A stretch of 64,000 nucleotides of DNA, taken from Promethearchaeota archaeon (GTDB taxonomy: Archaea; Asgardarchaeota; Lokiarchaeia; Sigyniarchaeales; SOKP01). Under the pieces are notes generated by a model. It made no database searches. It was not told where the DNA came from and was given only the letters and a program-made list of their open reading frames with translations. Location: the NCBI GenBank assembly GCA_016839585.1, contig JAEOTZ010000023.1:1-64000 (forward strand), written 5' to 3'. Positions within the stretch are counted from its first letter, which is position 1. Every line of letters begins with the position of its first letter. Below are positions 18,681 to 28,960 of this stretch, piece by piece. Position numbers and translations under genes: made by a program.

Positions 18681-19211
18681 GTGCACAGACATCATGATAA
18701 TTTAGAAGAAGAAGCAGAAAAATTAGAAAATCAATCTAAAGAAGAATTCAATAAAAAAAATTATACAATAGCAATTTCTCTCTTAAATGAAGCAAAAGAA
18801 GTTTACAAACAATTGGGATATGGAGGAAAAGTGGGAATCATTCAAAAACAGATTTCTCAAATGAAGAATCTAATGGTATTTGAAAAACAGAATAAATATC
18901 TTAAAACTAAAAACGAAGCACAATTCCAACAACGCGTTGATAAAGTATTAACTGAAAAGAAACGATATGAAAATAAAAAAATAGAGTCTTTAAAAGAAAT
19001 TCCACCCCAAATAAAAGGAAAACTTGAAAAAATAAATTTATTAAAAGAGAAAGTGGAAAAAGAATTAAAATTAGGCAGAATTGAAAGAGTTAAAGGAAGA
19101 TATGAATATATTATAGAGTTATATAAATCTATTCCTAAAAGTATATTAAACTCATCATTTGAGATCTTAGAAATTGAAAGAATACTATCATCTTTAGGAG
19201 ATAAAAAATAA
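18681..19211 (+). CDS. Helical TPR/MIT-like hypothetical protein
   Basis: NYTIAISLLNEAKEVYKQLG TPR-like helix pair. Confidence 0.6.
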   Translation: MHRHHDNLEEEAEKLENQSKEEFNKKNYTIAISLLNEAKEVYKQLGYGGKVGIIQKQISQMKNLMVFEKQNKYLKTKNEAQFQQRVDKVLTEKKRYENKKIESLKEIPPQIKGKLEKINLLKEKVEKELKLGRIERVKGRYEYIIELYKSIPKSILNSSFEILEIERILSSLGDKK

Positions 19212-19259
19212 AATTTCATCATTCATTTTAAATTATAATTAGCTACTTATTGAGATTAT

Positions 19260-20300
19260 ATGAAAAATCCATTTGATCGCTTTTATCACGTGCCAAACTC
19301 ACAGGAATTATTAGATATAGCCTTTAAAAGAGGGATGAAAAGCTCTGCTCAAGTTTCAAAAAATGCTCATATACTAATTAAGGCAAAAAAAAAAGAATCA
19401 AAGCGCATAAAGGTTACAATTGATGATTTAATTAACAGGATTCTTAATATAATAAAAATGGTGCCAATGATAGACGATCTTCCAGATTTTTACAGAGAAT
19501 TAGCTTCACTTTTAGTTAATACAAATAATCTAAAATTAGCTTTAGGTAAATTAAATGGAATTTTACCTGTTCTAAGGCAAATTGAAAGAGAGTATACCAG
19601 TAAATTAAGCAAAATCGAAATACCTAAAGAAGGAGATCAATTGCGAAGAGCTGCTTTTGGAAGAATATCATCAATTATTAATAAACAAAACAAAAATCTT
19701 ATTTATTTGAATAGCATAAGAGGAAACTTAAGAGAAATTCCTTCAATTGATCCTACTTCACCTTGTGTTGTTTTTGCAGGATATCCTAATGTAGGAAAAA
19801 GTAGTCTTGTAAAAAATATTTCTACTAATAAAAAAATTGAAGTTCAAGAATACCCGTTTACTACAAAAAAATTAATATTAGGTCATTTAGAAATTAAAAG
19901 AAAATTTGATAAAATTAAATTGCAATGCTTAGATACTCCAGGAATTTTGGACCGCCCAATGACATTAAGGAATAATATTGAATTACAAGCAATTTTGGCA
20001 TTAAGATTGATCTCTGATTTTATAGTCTTTGTTTTTGATCCTACTCCTGCGTGTGGTTATTCAATTGATTCTCAAATAGAATTGTATTATGAAATTAAAT
20101 TTAATTTCACTAGAGATGGAAAAGTAAATCTTCTAATAGTAATAAATAAAATAGATTTAGCAAGTCCTTCAGAAATAGAACATTTAAAGAAAGAGTTACA
20201 ATTACAGGAAGAGGGCTATTTTTTAACTAATGCTTTAACAGGAGAAAATCTTGATCAACTCATAACTTATTTAAATAATAGATACACTGATACGAATTGA
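19260..20300 (+). CDS. NOG1-family GTPase
   Basis: GYPNVGKSS, YPFTT, DTPG, NKID. Confidence 0.95.
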   Translation: MKNPFDRFYHVPNSQELLDIAFKRGMKSSAQVSKNAHILIKAKKKESKRIKVTIDDLINRILNIIKMVPMIDDLPDFYRELASLLVNTNNLKLALGKLNGILPVLRQIEREYTSKLSKIEIPKEGDQLRRAAFGRISSIINKQNKNLIYLNSIRGNLREIPSIDPTSPCVVFAGYPNVGKSSLVKNISTNKKIEVQEYPFTTKKLILGHLEIKRKFDKIKLQCLDTPGILDRPMTLRNNIELQAILALRLISDFIVFVFDPTPACGYSIDSQIELYYEIKFNFTRDGKVNLLIVINKIDLASPSEIEHLKKELQLQEEGYFLTNALTGENLDQLITYLNNRYTDTN

Positions 20301-20307
20301 TATAATA

Positions 20308-21393
20308 ATGGAAAAATCTGATGTATATGTTTTAGGGCTAGATATTGGAGGGGCTAATACCAAAGCGGCTCTGATTAAGTTTGAAAATTCAAAAGTAGTA
20401 AAATCATTATCCTATATTGAATATTTTCCTTTTTGGGAAAAAACTCTAAAAGAAATTCCTGAGATGTTAAAGAGAATAAATAGTAATATTTTAGAAAAAT
20501 ATAATTTAAAACTAAATAATGTAGATTATATTGCCATTACGATTACAGCAGAGCTTTCAGATGCATTTCAAACTAAACGTGAAGGAATAAATACTATATT
20601 AAATGCACTAGAACAAGTTTTTAATACTAAAAAGCTATTTTTTATTAGCATTACTAACAAATTCATCAACTATGAACAAGCAAGAGAGGAAAATTTATTA
20701 ATTGCTGCAGCAAATTGGGTATCAACTGCATTATTCTTAGGAAAATTTGTACCAAAATGCATTTTAATAGATTCAGGCTCCACTACGATTGATTTTATCC
20801 CTATTTTGAATTCAATACCCTGTACTAAAGGTAAAACTGATGTAGAAAGATTAATGAATCATGAACTAATTTATACAGGAGGATTAAGAGCAACAATTCC
20901 TTCCATTACCCATTTTGTTCCTTATAAAGGTAAAAATGTTAGGATTTCATTTGAAAAATTTGCATTAATTTCTGATATTCATAGAATTCTAAATAATATT
21001 TCTCAAGAAGAATATATTAATGATACTGCTGATGGCCGTTCTAAATCTTTAGAAGATTGTTATGCGCGATTAGCTAGAATTCTTTGTATGGATGTAGAAA
21101 CTATTTCTAAAGAAGATTTAAATATTATTGCTAAATACATTTATGATAAACAATTAGAACTAGTATCAACTGAAATTCAAGAATTTATGAAGGAATTAAT
21201 AGTTAGATTACCCGAATTTAAACAAAATCCTCAATTTGTTATAACAGGGTTTTCAGCTCACTTTTTAATAAGAAGGGCTTTAAAAAAGCTTGGATATAAT
21301 AATATTCTAACCTATGAAAGTATCACAAAAATTCCTGATCATATTAATTCCTCTGCTTTTGCTGTTGCTGGAGCATTTTATTCTCAATTATAA
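20308..21393 (+). CDS. mfnF: MfnF-like hydantoinase-A family enzyme (methanofuran biosynthesis)
   Basis: GLDIGGANTK, TAELSDAF.TKREG, AAANW, DSGSTTID, TADGR, RLAR. Confidence 0.85.
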   Translation: MEKSDVYVLGLDIGGANTKAALIKFENSKVVKSLSYIEYFPFWEKTLKEIPEMLKRINSNILEKYNLKLNNVDYIAITITAELSDAFQTKREGINTILNALEQVFNTKKLFFISITNKFINYEQAREENLLIAAANWVSTALFLGKFVPKCILIDSGSTTIDFIPILNSIPCTKGKTDVERLMNHELIYTGGLRATIPSITHFVPYKGKNVRISFEKFALISDIHRILNNISQEEYINDTADGRSKSLEDCYARLARILCMDVETISKEDLNIIAKYIYDKQLELVSTEIQEFMKELIVRLPEFKQNPQFVITGFSAHFLIRRALKKLGYNNILTYESITKIPDHINSSAFAVAGAFYSQL

Positions 21394-21406
21394 GGTTTAA
21401 GAAAAA

Positions 21407-22132
21407 ATGACAATGAATATAGCTGTTTTTAAAATTGGAGGTAAAATTTTAGATAATAGCAAAAACCTAATTAATACAATTGCTCAATTAACTCAATTAT
21501 TTGAAGACAAGATTGTTAAAAAGCTAATTTTAATCCCTGGTGGAGGATTACTAGCAAATTTCGTAAGAAGCCTGTATAGAGAATTTAAATTTAATGATGA
21601 TCTCGCTCATTGGATAGCTATTTATTCAATGGATTATAATGGAATAGAATTGAAAAGAAAATTTCCTCACTTAAAACTATTTGATAATTACGAAAAATTA
21701 GAACAAGAGAATAGAGGAATGTTTATATTTTTGCCCTACAAGTATCTGAAAAAAAATAATGAATTACCGCATACTTGGGATGTAACCTCGGATTCAATTT
21801 CCCTATACTTCACTAAAAAGCTTAACTCAAAAAATTGTTTTTTAATTAAGGATATAGAAGGAATTTTGGATTCTGACCACAATGTTATAAAAGAAATTTC
21901 ATCTGTAGAGTTTAGACAATTTAAAAAAGAGGGGAAGCTAGAAATTATATCACAAGATTTAGAACTAAAAGACAAAACTAGGCCAATTGATCCCTATCTT
22001 TTAACTCTTATAGAAAAATATAAAATTCCTTGTATTATATTAAATGGTGCAAATCCAGACCCTAGAATTTTTAACTACTTTATATTTCCAAACTTGCAAG
22101 ATAAAATATTTACAAAACTATATTCAATCTAA
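21407..22132 (+). CDS. mfnE: MfnE-like amino-acid-kinase family enzyme (methanofuran biosynthesis)
   Basis: KIGG, PGGG..ANFVR, AHWIA, LPHTWDVTSDSI; adjacent to mfnF. Confidence 0.82.
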   Translation: MTMNIAVFKIGGKILDNSKNLINTIAQLTQLFEDKIVKKLILIPGGGLLANFVRSLYREFKFNDDLAHWIAIYSMDYNGIELKRKFPHLKLFDNYEKLEQENRGMFIFLPYKYLKKNNELPHTWDVTSDSISLYFTKKLNSKNCFLIKDIEGILDSDHNVIKEISSVEFRQFKKEGKLEIISQDLELKDKTRPIDPYLLTLIEKYKIPCIILNGANPDPRIFNYFIFPNLQDKIFTKLYSI

Positions 22133-22201
22133 CTAAAAATTAAAGTTTTAATTAAATTGAACCTAAATTATAATTATAATAACTTTTAAAATCGATTTTT
22201 A

Positions 22202-22726
22202 TTGATTAGTGATATTATAATGAATGAAAAAGAAAATAAAATGAAAAAGAATGCTGAATTTCTTATTAAGACGTTAAAGGACATGGATATTCCTGGTAGT
22301 GCAAGGTTTAAATGTAGATACAGAAAAATGGTTAATTTTGCTAAAATTTATGGTATAACCGATCCAAAATATATTGGGCCAGAAGAAGAAGGGATTATTG
22401 CATGTCATGGATATGCAAATTCATTCGCAGTAAATGCCTTTTATATCCTTGTACCAGGTTTAAAAATTGTACAAAATGGAGAAGAACGCCCCATGGTTTT
22501 AAACCCAAATAAATTACTTCATGCCGGAAATAAATACAATTGGGAAGGTTGCGTTGATATCAAAAATGGAGATGTACTAACATCAACAGGTAAGATATCC
22601 AAGGTGTGGCTAGTTGAACAAAGTATGATTTTGTTTGCTGAATTATTATTGACTGTCAAAAACCAAAATGATGAATTGGTGTGCAAAGTTACATCTAGCG
22701 CAGCAATTAGATCTGGAGGTTATTAA
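22202..22726 (+). CDS. MaoC-like hot-dog fold dehydratase, N-terminal-type subunit
   Basis: FAKIYG..DPKY, LLHAG, KNQNDELV. Confidence 0.8.
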   Translation: MISDIIMNEKENKMKKNAEFLIKTLKDMDIPGSARFKCRYRKMVNFAKIYGITDPKYIGPEEEGIIACHGYANSFAVNAFYILVPGLKIVQNGEERPMVLNPNKLLHAGNKYNWEGCVDIKNGDVLTSTGKISKVWLVEQSMILFAELLLTVKNQNDELVCKVTSSAAIRSGGY

Positions 22727-22729
22727 AAA

Positions 22730-23278
22730 ATGGTAAAAATTTCAGATTTAAATGTTGGTCAAGTTATAAAAAATGAATTTAGTGGCATTTCACGAGATTT
22801 GTTAAAACAATATGCTAAAGCTAGTGGAGATACAAACCCTATTCATACAAATGACGCTATTGCTGAAAGAGCCGGACTAAAAGGAGTAATTGCTCATGGA
22901 TTGTTTTCATTTGGCTTTATTAGCAAACTATTTGAAGATTTTCTAGAACAAGGCAAATATGGGAAGATAAATGAGATAGGAGTTGAGATGCGTGGAATGG
23001 TTAGAGTTGGAGATCTTCTACTTACTGAAGCAGCAATATCAAAGATCGAAGGAAAAAAGGTGTATTTTGATATAAAACAAACAACTATTACGAATGTTGA
23101 TATTAAAGATACAAATGGAAAAATAGTAAAACAATTTGAAGCAGGAGAACGGGGATATATTTCAGAAAAAGATCTTGCTCGAGGGCTTGTTAAAACAAAA
23201 GAAGTTGAAGAAGGAATTCTAACTTATAGAGAAAGAGTAGCAACACCAGGAACATCTGTTATTGAGTTATTTGAATGA
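22730..23278 (+). CDS. MaoC-family (R)-enoyl-CoA hydratase/dehydratase
   Basis: Hydratase-2 motif YAKASGDTNPIH..A..AGL..VIAHG. Confidence 0.92.
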   Translation: MVKISDLNVGQVIKNEFSGISRDLLKQYAKASGDTNPIHTNDAIAERAGLKGVIAHGLFSFGFISKLFEDFLEQGKYGKINEIGVEMRGMVRVGDLLLTEAAISKIEGKKVYFDIKQTTITNVDIKDTNGKIVKQFEAGERGYISEKDLARGLVKTKEVEEGILTYRERVATPGTSVIELFE

Positions 23279-23354
23279 ATTTTCATTTAATATAATAATT
23301 TAAAATTTTTTTTCCATAATTTAATTTTTAGAGCTCATAAAAGAGCACCTTAAA

Positions 23355-26300
23355 ATGGGTAAGCAATCCCTTTTAGAAGTTAATTTTTTTTTTCACATAA
23401 TTATTTTAAAACATATTTATATTAGTTCAACAGAAGAGATCATTGGAGAAAAAATTTTTAAAAAAAGTTCTAAATCTAACACCTTGACAAGCCTAACATT
23501 AGATACAAAAAAAATTGAAAGCCTAATTTTAAAAGGTCTTTATGAAAAAGCAACTGAAGAAATATTTAATTTAATAGATAATTATCAAATTCATCATGAT
23601 AAAGAACTAATATATAAAAGCCTTAGTTTATTAAACCTAATTTGTGATAAATCACCTTCTATTTCTTTAAGAGCCGTTAAAAGTATTGCTATATTTATTA
23701 ATGAAATTGATTCTTGGATTAGATTAGTATCTTTAGAGATATTATATCAAGTTAGCAAGTTTAGACCTAATCTATTAATTGATTTAATTGATAGAATAAG
23801 AGCGCGTTTATATGATCAGGAACCTTCTGTAAGAAGATTAACTGTGAGGATTATTGGAAATTTAATTCTTTCCTTGCATATAGATATCGAGGAATTACAA
23901 GATATAATTGAAGAGTATACTGAAAAATTGATGGATAATGATTGGAAAGTAAAACTAAATGTAATTAAAACCATTCAAAAAATCCTAAATCAAGATTATA
24001 AAAAAATTAAAGATTTAGAACCATTATTATCGATGGTTATAGTAAATCTAAGGGATGAAGATGATGATGTAGCAAGAGCAGCTGCTGAACTGTTAAAGAT
24101 TCATGGGACCTATTTCCTTTCTAAGGAAAAATTATTTTATGTTCTTTTAAATCTACTATATAATGAACAAAGTAGAGTTAAAGAATTAATTATATGGTTA
24201 TTTGGAGAAATTGGAAAAGAAAAATCATCAGAAATTATTTCGATTATTCCCAAATTAATAAATCTATTAAAAGAAGAAGATTACCGTATTGAATTAAAAG
24301 TAATTGAAGCACTAGTCAACATAGCAGAAAATAATTTTGATCAAATCTGGGCAAATTTAATAGATTCATTGCTGGAATCAAGCAATTCTGATTATAGAAA
24401 CTCATTAATAAATGCAATATATAATTTAAGTCAAAATAATATTAATATTATTTTTCCTTATTTATTTGAGGAATTAGAGAATCCATCTGAAAATATAAGA
24501 GAAGGAATTGCTTTAGTGTTTAAACGATTATTTGAAGAGTATCAAATAGAAATAGAAAATGAAATAACGAAAATGCTATATAAACTAGAATCACGATATT
24601 GGAGAGAAAGAGAAAAGACGATACTATTACTTCAGAATATCTGTTTCATTTTAAAAAGTAAAAAAATTGCTGTTTGGGTTACTATTGAATTAGAAAGAGC
24701 TTTAAAATATGAAAAAGATCCTGAGGTAAAAGATGAAATAATTTACGCTTTAGAAAATATCAGGAAAAACTTTAGCGATATTGATACAACTATTCAAAAA
24801 ATCAATCATGAATTAACATTCTTTCATAAAAAAATTAAGAGTTTTCAAAGAATTCCAGCTCAATTTAGAGAAAAATTAAATTCTTATATAAATAATTTCA
24901 AATTCAATGATACTGAAATTCAGCTAAATAAGAAATACAAGAAAATTTTAAAAAAAATTAAGAAATTTCATAAAACAATTAATAAATTTGAATATAAAAG
25001 ATTAGCTTTTGATTTAATTGAAGAATGGGAAGAAACTAAAGTTCAAATTATAGAAGAATTAAGTATAATAAAAAGCTTTATATCTGAAATATGTGAGGAA
25101 AAGAAGTCTGAATTTATTATAGATCTAAAATCTAAAATTAAGTTGCTAGACGACCGTATCGTTGTTTTAAAAACACAATTTGATTATATTAAAAATTATG
25201 AATTTCGCTTAAATTTAGATGCTTCCATATCAAATATTAAACTAAGTAATGAAGAAAATGAAAGATTCACCTATATAACACAAATAAGAAAAAGTTTATT
25301 TAAACTGGACAGTGATATAAGAGAGATTTTAGTGAACAACGTAGAATTCAACGAAATATTTAAAGATTTATTAAGAAAATGGGTTGAAACAAAAATTGAA
25401 ATACAAGAACATTTAAGTGATTTAGATCGGCAAATTAGACTAATGAAAGATAAAATTATAAATTATTTTTTACATATTGAATCAGTTAGTGATATTGCTG
25501 AAGAAGAAAGAATTAATGGAATAAATAGTGAACTTGGGTTTCAGCTTCTTCAAGGACATATACATTCTATTATTTCTCAAGGAATTGAAGGTTTCAAGAA
25601 AATTAATGATAATTTTTCTAAATTGAACTCTAAATTAGAATTTTTAATTAAAAAAAGTGAATTTTCAGATGCTAAGAAGTTAATTGAGATGAATTCTTCT
25701 CAAGTTCAAAATTTCATAGAAGAGAGCGAAAAACAGATCGAAAATATAGTAGATAAGGAAAAAATCTTCGAAGACAATAATGTGTTTAATTTGTACGTTA
25801 GACCTTATATCAACAAATTTAATGCTTCAAAAGAATTACTTATAAACAGGTTAAAAAATTTTATTGAAAGAAGTAACAAAAAGCTCTACCTAAATCAGAT
25901 AAAACACTACTTGAAAATTATAAACCCAATAAAATTAGACTTGCTCTCTTCATATGTAGGATTGGAGATAGAGAAATTAAAAGAATTATTACTAAAATTT
26001 ATTAATAAAAATAAAATTAATGCAAATATTATAAATGATGAGCTTTATTCACAACAAATTGAGGCTGATACCGCTTCCTCGATTGAACTTCTCTTTTTTA
26101 AAAACATAAAAACTATTGGAAATAAAATTTATTTAAATTTTAAGTTATCAAATCCTTCAAATTTCGACTTCCAAGATTTGCAAATCTCGTTGAAGGTTCC
26201 TTCTTATATAGATTTCCAGAAAAAAGAAAGTTTTCCTAAATTTCTCCAACTGAATGAATTAAATTCAGGAAAAGTTTTCAAATTTAATTATGTGTTAAAG

Positions 26301-26435
26301 GTTGATAGACAAAAAGAACAAAAGAAGAACTTATTCGATCCCACTGCTGATGAGATTAAATTGGATTTATACTACAAAGACCAATTTAATATAACACGAA
26401 AAACGACAAAAAATATTGATCTTCTATTACATTAA
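23355..26435 (+). CDS. HEAT-repeat / coiled-coil / PCI-like / Ig-like scaffold protein (true start probably near TTG 23484)
   Basis: HEAT units (LYDQEPSVRR, LMDNDWKVK, LRDEDDDVAR), helical middle, PCI-like segment IKLDLLSSYVGLEIEKLKELLLKFI..KINANI, beta-rich C-terminus. Confidence 0.75.
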   Translation: MGKQSLLEVNFFFHIIILKHIYISSTEEIIGEKIFKKSSKSNTLTSLTLDTKKIESLILKGLYEKATEEIFNLIDNYQIHHDKELIYKSLSLLNLICDKSPSISLRAVKSIAIFINEIDSWIRLVSLEILYQVSKFRPNLLIDLIDRIRARLYDQEPSVRRLTVRIIGNLILSLHIDIEELQDIIEEYTEKLMDNDWKVKLNVIKTIQKILNQDYKKIKDLEPLLSMVIVNLRDEDDDVARAAAELLKIHGTYFLSKEKLFYVLLNLLYNEQSRVKELIIWLFGEIGKEKSSEIISIIPKLINLLKEEDYRIELKVIEALVNIAENNFDQIWANLIDSLLESSNSDYRNSLINAIYNLSQNNINIIFPYLFEELENPSENIREGIALVFKRLFEEYQIEIENEITKMLYKLESRYWREREKTILLLQNICFILKSKKIAVWVTIELERALKYEKDPEVKDEIIYALENIRKNFSDIDTTIQKINHELTFFHKKIKSFQRIPAQFREKLNSYINNFKFNDTEIQLNKKYKKILKKIKKFHKTINKFEYKRLAFDLIEEWEETKVQIIEELSIIKSFISEICEEKKSEFIIDLKSKIKLLDDRIVVLKTQFDYIKNYEFRLNLDASISNIKLSNEENERFTYITQIRKSLFKLDSDIREILVNNVEFNEIFKDLLRKWVETKIEIQEHLSDLDRQIRLMKDKIINYFLHIESVSDIAEEERINGINSELGFQLLQGHIHSIISQGIEGFKKINDNFSKLNSKLEFLIKKSEFSDAKKLIEMNSSQVQNFIEESEKQIENIVDKEKIFEDNNVFNLYVRPYINKFNASKELLINRLKNFIERSNKKLYLNQIKHYLKIINPIKLDLLSSYVGLEIEKLKELLLKFINKNKINANIINDELYSQQIEADTASSIELLFFKNIKTIGNKIYLNFKLSNPSNFDFQDLQISLKVPSYIDFQKKESFPKFLQLNELNSGKVFKFNYVLKVDRQKEQKKNLFDPTADEIKLDLYYKDQFNITRKTTKNIDLLLH

Positions 26436-26594
26436 TAATTTATATCAAATTTATATTAAACTAAAATTATTTTTTACTACTTCTATCGAAGAATTTAATA
26501 ATTTATTACGAAAATATTAATATATCGTTATTTCTATTTTTCACTAACTAGATTATAATTTAATAAATACATAATAACTAGCGTGAGGTGAGTA

Positions 26595-27623
26595 ATGCAA
26601 GAATTAGAGAGTTATCGATTAACTCAACAGGTTAAACTTTTTGGATGAAACTGTAAATTAAACGCAAAGAAACTAGATAAACTTCTTAAAGGAGCTGGTT
26701 TAAAAAGAGAAATAGAAGATTCTGCAATTATACCTGTCCCAAATACTGATTTAGTCATGGTAAAAAATATTGACATTTTCACACCAATACTTGATGAGCC
26801 AGATATAATGGGAGAAATCGCTGCTTGTAACGTCACTAATGATGTATTTGCAATGAATGTTCCTGAAATTTCGGGTATGTTAGTTTTTTTAGGAATAAAC
26901 AAAAAAACTCCCATAGAAATCGCAGAAGGCATATTAAAGGGGATAAAAAGGTTTTTGGTACAAAAGTTAAATTCTAAAGTCCTTGGGGGTCATACTATAT
27001 ATACTCAATGGCCATTAATTGGTGGCGAAGCAAGTGGTTTTGTGAAAAGAGCTTTTATTATTAAGAAAAACTATGTAAAAATTGGAGACAAAATAATACT
27101 TACAAAACCTATAGGAAATCAATCTGTAATGGCTGCTTACAGATTACAAAAAAATAGACCTGATCTCCTAGAACATTATTCTACTAGTGAAGTTGATACC
27201 GCAATCGAATTCGCAGTAGAACTAATGATAGAACCTTTACAAGATGTTGTTAAAACGATACATACTTATTCTAACTTCTCATTTGTTCACTCTATGACTG
27301 ATATAAGCGGATTTGGTTTAGCTGGACACCTAAAAGAGATGCTACAAAACTCTCAATTATCAGCAATAATAAAGAAAATTCCTTACATACGGTTAGCAAA
27401 AGAGTTAGCATATGATTTTGGTTATAAATTCGATGAGTGCTTAATGCCTGAGACTGCTGGAGGAATGCTCCTCTCTGTTGACAACAATTATGCAGAAGAA
27501 TTTTCTAATAGACTTATGAGTAAAGGAGTCCAAAATTGGATTATTGGAGAGATCGATAATATAAAACCAAAACTCGTTAGAGTTTCTAAAAATGTAGAAC
27601 ATATTGAAATAAAAATGATTTAA
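26595..27623 (+). CDS. selD: Selenophosphate synthetase, Sec-containing, copy 1 (TGA 26646-26648 = Sec18)
   Basis: GAGGTGA SD, ATG 26595, MQELESYRLTQQVKLFG-U-NCK in frame with ORF 26757. DIFTPI, NDVFAM, GGHT, LTKPIG, TDISGFGL.GHL, ETAGG. Confidence 0.95.
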
Positions 27624-27695
27624 TGATGTCAATGATATAAGCTGAAACACATTATTGTGATTGTTTATTGAGAATTCCGTTGCGAAACGGCATCG
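27624..27695 (+). promoter_or_regulatory. SECIS element (eukaryote-like, 3' UTR) of selD copy 1
   Basis: GATG/CATC helix I, ATGA...TGAG core, ATAAGC/GTTTAT helix II, AAA bulge, CACA/TGTG ministem, extra CCGTT-GCGA-AACGG hairpin. Confidence 0.9.
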
Positions 27696-27931
27696 ATAAA
27701 AACTGAATGGTTTTAAATTTTTTCTTTTTTTGTTTTAGTTATTTGGAATAAATATAATTATGTTAGATTTCTATAGATTATATTAGTAACATAATTCACT
27801 TATAAGAAAGGATTTAATTTTATTTATCGAAAAAGGCGATATATAAAATCTAAAATCTTAATAAATAATATAAATTCACATTATTATTAATTCTAATAGG
27901 ATTAGAACAATTAGTAGATGTGAGGTGAAAA

Positions 27932-28960
27932 ATGAAAAAAGAGCCAGAATATAGATTGACAAAGGCAGTTAAAATCTTTGGATGATCTTGTAAATTGGGT
28001 TCTAATGATTTAGAGGATCTACTAAAGAAAACGGGTTTAAGTGGAGATATTGAAGATGCTGCGGTAATACCAGTTCCCAATTCTGATATGGCAATGGTCA
28101 AAAATATCGATATTATTACTCCTATTGTTGATGAGCCAGATATTATGGGAGAAATCGCTGCTTGTAACGTCACTAATGATGTATTTGCAATGAATGTTCC
28201 TGAAATTTCGGGTATGTTAGTTTTTTTAGGAATAAACACAAATACACCTATGGAAATTGCTGAGGGAATACTAAAGGGAATAAGTAATTTTATGGAAAAT
28301 AAAATTAATTCCAAAGTTGTTGGAGGTCACACGATTTACAGTGAATGGCCCTTAATAGGAGGTACTGCTACCGGATTTGTTAAAAGAAATTCTATTATTC
28401 GTAAACAGGGAGTAAAAGAAGGAGATAATCTGATATTGACAAAACCAATAGGATTACAACCTGTAATGGCTGCCTATAGGCTTCTAAAAGATATGCCTGA
28501 AATGTTAGAAGGTTATTCTGAGAAACAACTTAGGAAATCAATTAAACTTGCTATTAAGATTATGACAGAATCAAATCAGAATGTTGTAAAAACTATTCAC
28601 TCATTTAAAGATTTTTCATTTATCCATGCGATGACTGATGTGACTGGATTTGGTCTTGCTGGTCATTTATTAGAAATGCTTCAAAATTCTAATTTATCTG
28701 CTGTTATTGAAACAATTCCATCAATAAGACTTTCAGAAAGTTTATCTATTGATTTAGGTTATGCTTTCGATGAATGTACATGCGCCGAGACTGCGGGTGG
28801 TATATTAATGGCTGTTGATCCCCTCAATACAGAAGAATTTTCTAATACTCTTTCTAGCAATGGTATTTCGAATTGGACTGTCGGAAAAATAGATACAATT
28901 ACTCCTGGGCTAGTTAGGATTTCAAAAAATGTTGAAAATATTGAAATTTCAAAATATTAA
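27932..28960 (+). CDS. selD: Selenophosphate synthetase, Sec-containing, copy 2 (TGA 27983-27985 = Sec18)
   Basis: GAGGTGA SD, ATG 27932, MKKEPEYRLTKAVKIFG-U-SCK in frame with ORF 27995; same SelD motifs as copy 1. Confidence 0.95.

Noticed and set aside
26646-27985. selD copies as nonsense pseudogenes
   Set aside because: Both TGAs fall at the catalytic Cys/Sec position and each gene has an SD and a SECIS, so recoding fits better.
26624-28314. Minus-strand ORFs 26624..26932, 27441..27650 and 27850..28314, two of which resemble each other
   Set aside because: Antisense shadows of the duplicated selD genes.
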